NCBI GenBank assembly: GCA_040954595.2
Contig: CM082586.2
Coordinates: 4,719,125 to 4,783,124 of the forward strand
From: Balanoglossus misakiensis
Taxonomy: Eukaryota; Animalia; Hemichordata
Length of the DNA: 64,000 bases
Direction: 5' to 3'
This document shows positions 59,701 through 64,000 of this stretch, piece by piece (the stretch's first letter is position 1; each line of letters opens with the position of its first letter). A model generated the notes under the pieces. The model saw only the letters and a program-made list of their open reading frames with translations, searched no databases and was not told the origin of the DNA. The position numbers were made by a program, and so were the translations under genes.

Positions 59701-62700
59701 CATCAGGTTAAAATCAGCCATTTTACTTATCGAAAGAAGCACCTTTTCCGAACTGCAAATTGTCTTTGTTTGTGCCTTAGCGCTGTGTGCAATACAAGTA
59801 AACAGAGAAGAGCCGACGTGTTTCCATGGGAACGGGAGCTATAATACCTCTTCCCATTTTCAACCGGAGTAATTGTAGAATAGAAAATCACTCGTTTTAT
59901 AACTTGGAGTCTAAATTCTTATTAATATGAAGGTACCGGTTGTTATTCTCGCTGTGTTTTTTTTAATTTAGATACTAGTGTAATAAGGCGGGAACGTCAG
60001 CTCCTGACGGAATATTTCGCGAAGGCATTTCTTGGCCATAATTCTTGATGCTGTAATCATGGCAGTCACAAGACCGCAGCGTTTAGCGCTGAGTGTTTCA
60101 GGTGAGGTCAGAAGCTTTGATTTTTCCCTAAGGTAAACATTCTTATCGATATAAATATGACATCTTAAATTAATTTTGATGCGCGTACCGCCCAAGGCGC
60201 CTGCCCGGATGATAATGATTTATTTGCCGTGCAACAAAAAATGAACCGTACCGCGTCGGCGATATTAAAATTGAAATTTGAGTGCGCGAGTCTTGAGTCG
60301 TAGACGGCGCCATTGTATGCGGGGTTTCATTTTTTGCTCAGTTGTGACTGTCGTTTACCGTATATGGCATATTTGCCTGACAGGAAGCGCTGTTATAGGT
60401 GAGAATAAATGTGTTCCGCCAATCGTTGGTCTGTACTGTAAACGGCATAAACAGTCCAGCTGTGTTAACCATTCAGCAACAGAATCTCAAAAATGTCTAT
60501 GCAGATATTCGGTCTGAGCAACAATGATACCATAAGCACGGACGGACAGGTGGAATTATGGAGTCGATTCTTTGCGGTGTGTGTGTGTGGAGGGGCCGCA
60601 GGAAAATAAAACGTCGTTGAAATAACAAATTTGGCAAGCACAGCTTCAAATCTGTTTTATTTTTGCACTTGAAGAAAACTAACAACATCTTAGTCTTTCG
60701 AATGTTTTAAAAATGCCCTATAACTTACATCAGCCTCCTGTTTCGAAAATGGTTTGTCCCTAATATACTCGTATCCTGATTGACTGTCACGTCGGCTTTC
60801 GATTTAGCAATCATGTCTGATTTGTGTAAGCCGTCACACGATATAAAGCATACACGTCCATGACAGAATTCTGACAGGTCCGTGGTATAATTCTACTTTT
60901 CTAACAAAACGGTGAGTTCAAGTGTACATGATGTCATTATGACATCAATCTGACAATGTTCTCTCTCGCTCTCTTCTCAGTATTCAACGAGCGTTTGTAA
61001 GGTTTTTCGTCGCGACAAGAAATGTGGCATTCAATTGTACGAGCACGTATTTGTACAGTTCTGCCTTTTGTAAACATTGTCATTACGCCACGTCAATCAC
61101 ATATTTGTTAATCCCGGCTCACTGTTCGCGCTTAAATGCAACAAATGCAAACGACATTATCCAATTTTGGTGGGTAAATAGCCGTGATGGATTTAGGCGT
61201 TAACAGTTCATCTGTCGTTCGTGAAAGGGTTATTTGGCGCCTTTGTGTGCAAGTACAGCGACACTCGGTGTTTCGAGCTATTTCTATGTAGAATGAAATA
61301 TTTGAATCATACGCAATATATACTGCAATCAATTTAGAATAAAAATATTTGTTCTATCTCCGTTTACCCGTGCTATTTTTATCCTAAGTGACCTCGATCC
61401 CAAGTCGGGGTCATGGCCGTTATTTCTTCAGTGAAATGATTGGCAAAAGTCGGTGGGCCTGAGCAGCTTAAAAATAAACGATTAGCTAACGATCGCACCG
61501 CCCGCAAGCACCCACTTTGTAAACGATGCCGCGGGTAAATGAACTTTCAACATGCGTGGACCTAATCGCGCCAGATGTGTTTTATAATTTCCCGCTAATT
61601 TTCAACGCGCGACTGCGTCTATCATCGTTTTATTCTCCTTGATGGGTCGCCAACAAATCTTTTATCAGTTGAGGGGTCACATTATCTTTGAAGAACAACG
61701 TGAGGGATTTGACCCTCCCTCCTACATGATAAATGAACTCTCCCTTTGTAGACTAAAACAAGCACACCAGCTGAAGGTGTTGAAGGTGTTAAAACGCCAA
61801 CTGTTCTCTCGAAGCTATGCAGATTCGTCTGTGCAAATACATTTACTACACGAGCGTGTCTCTCTGGTGTTGATGTCATTCAGCTTGTAAGGTGTGCCTA
61901 CGAGCAATATGGAAGTAGTCCCTCGGCCATTAAATATTCATGTTTTCACCAAGAAGAATATAAATAGATTCTCAACAACCACAAACGTGCGCGACAAATA
62001 CGGAGACTCATTAATAATTTCCCCCCTGTTGCCTGCAACCGCGAGTGACTCGTGTCTGAAAGACAAAAAATCCAGCGTTTCGCGGATTGCTCTTCTTCTC
62101 GGGTTTGGCGAGATGTGATCAGGAGACGCTATCGCGTCCGTTCGAATCACACAGCTATGAAATTCAGATGATGGATACTGAAATCGGAGCTCGTACACCT
62201 TAATGACAAGGCTCGCGGAGCGTGTTAAAAATCGAAGAAAATCGTGATCTGGATCTTGAAAGTTGACGCGATATGTTCGAATATCCCTGAGTGTGTTGTT
62301 TGACCGTTCCATTAATTAGGCACAGTTATAAGGAGTATGAAATCGGATGAATCAATACGCGAAACGCGAGAAGTCTGACGCAATGCTTGCAGATTACGGC
62401 GCGGTCCGTTTGAGGTGCCCCGTCTCCGCGGAGTAATCGTCATATACGCGAGCGCGCATCAAGTGCCGCGGTGTCAGAGGTCGCCATCTATGCAAACTAA
62501 GCGACGAGACAACGCTACTTACGAGGTGACGAATTAGCGGTAGTTATCGGTGTCAATACGTAAAAAAAGTTCGATGACGACGAGATAGCGGTGTGCTTTC
62601 AAAGATGGTAAAGCGGTACTGCTCAAAATGGCGTTTTTTTTGCTGATCGAACGGAGACAAGAACATTTCATTCAGAAATAAAATGAGAGAGCCGATGCCG

Positions 62701-64000
62701 TGAATACGTCGTTCACTGACCGAAATTGCCAGGTCCATTCATTTACTTCTGAACGTAAATCCAGAAAGGGATAAGCTCAAAAAAAGAGCACGGAAATTGT
62801 CAGAGGATATTATGAGCGATAAATCAGAATGCCGTAACAGTTTCGTATCAAGAACGCTAAGTAGCTTATGCGAGCACATTCGTTTTACACGACACACCGC
62901 ACAAAGCCGCAGGTAGATTTTATTGTCTGTACTTTTTCTCTCCGCAGCCTGCGCCCATGCTAAATATAATCGACACGGTATAAATCTATTTCGGGTTTAT
63001 GATCGGTTCCCTGATGCCGGGGATTGATTGGCTCATGCGATTGTAGGGTAATAAAAGTTCTATATTTCGACAGACAGTTTTATGTCTTGCCCTGTTTCAC
63101 TGCTGTTTCCCTCTGTGTATAGTCTGTGCGCCCATCTCTGTATTTTTGTCTGACTTCATTGAAAATTCCCAGTGTATATGTTTGACTCTCTCCATCTCTG
63201 CCTCTCTGTCCGTCCGATTGGTGAGTTTTCTCGCGTAATATAGCCTGATGGCATATTGGGATCCAATGAAAATGTTCGTTTGTTAACACCAGATGGGATT
63301 TAGACAATGACGCTTAGAAACCAGGATGCAAATTCACTCTCTTTAACAATAGCTTTATTTCACATACCTATTGCAAAACATTTTTACCAGCTGTCCGGAA
63401 ACAAACTCTGTGCCAACTTCTGTTAGGTATGAGTTTCATTGCGCATGATTCCTTTGCGATCGAAGGAATCAACGCATGACCTGGAAATTTGGGAAATCTA
63501 GTTCACAAGGTTTCCAAAGTTGACATATTTTTTAGAGTCTGCGCTTCGCTTGAACGTCACAGCTTCGAAATAAATTACGCTTGTTAAACAATTGTGCCTG
63601 AACACGAAAATACAGATCACTTTCAATAAACTCATGCCACCAGTTGAAATAACGAAATGCACAGTTAAGTAAACCCAGTTGCCTTAATCTAATAATTTCT
63701 AATCAGTTAGTTTTGCGGGAAAATTGAAATCGACCCCGTACCGTCGCCCCCGTCAGATGCCGCGACACAGAGACGCACCGTTGCTTGATTATTTCACCGA
63801 AGCAAGGGAGCTCGTTTAACCTTCGTTACTAAGTGCAGACTCAATTTTCGTTTCGCCCTGAATGCCACTCGCTGTAAATCGGATTAGCCGAAGACGACGT
63901 TATCGTTCACGGACGTGCAACGGTTCGTTCATTCACCTGGTAGGCGTAACGGTTTGAACGCCGGCAGGGAAGTGTTTTCAGATTGTCTTCCGGCTTTCAG

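Overview
Gene-poor animal genomic DNA, probably a marine invertebrate (inferred from the sequence style: introns, microsatellites, MITEs, no CpG depletion). One protein-coding gene is well supported: a two-exon TASK-type two-pore-domain K+ channel (KCNK3/KCNK9/KCNK15 family) on the + strand, CDS join(14621..14906,15989..16821), 372 aa, with the family's conserved phase-1 intron in the first GYG filter. The other ~60 kb are non-coding: microsatellites, short tandem duplications, several non-autonomous DNA transposons (Academ-like with a 9-10 bp TSD, piggyBac-like in the putative 3' UTR, Harbinger-like) and many promoter/enhancer-like motif clusters (RFX X-boxes, perfect CREs, ETS/YY1, Staf). 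The other ORFs in the track look spurious. I found no convincing new multi-gene system. The best leads are a chain of stop-start-overlapping uORFs just before the channel start codon, unusual residues at functionally known channel positions, a nested fold-back transposon, and recurrent RFX and CRE motifs.
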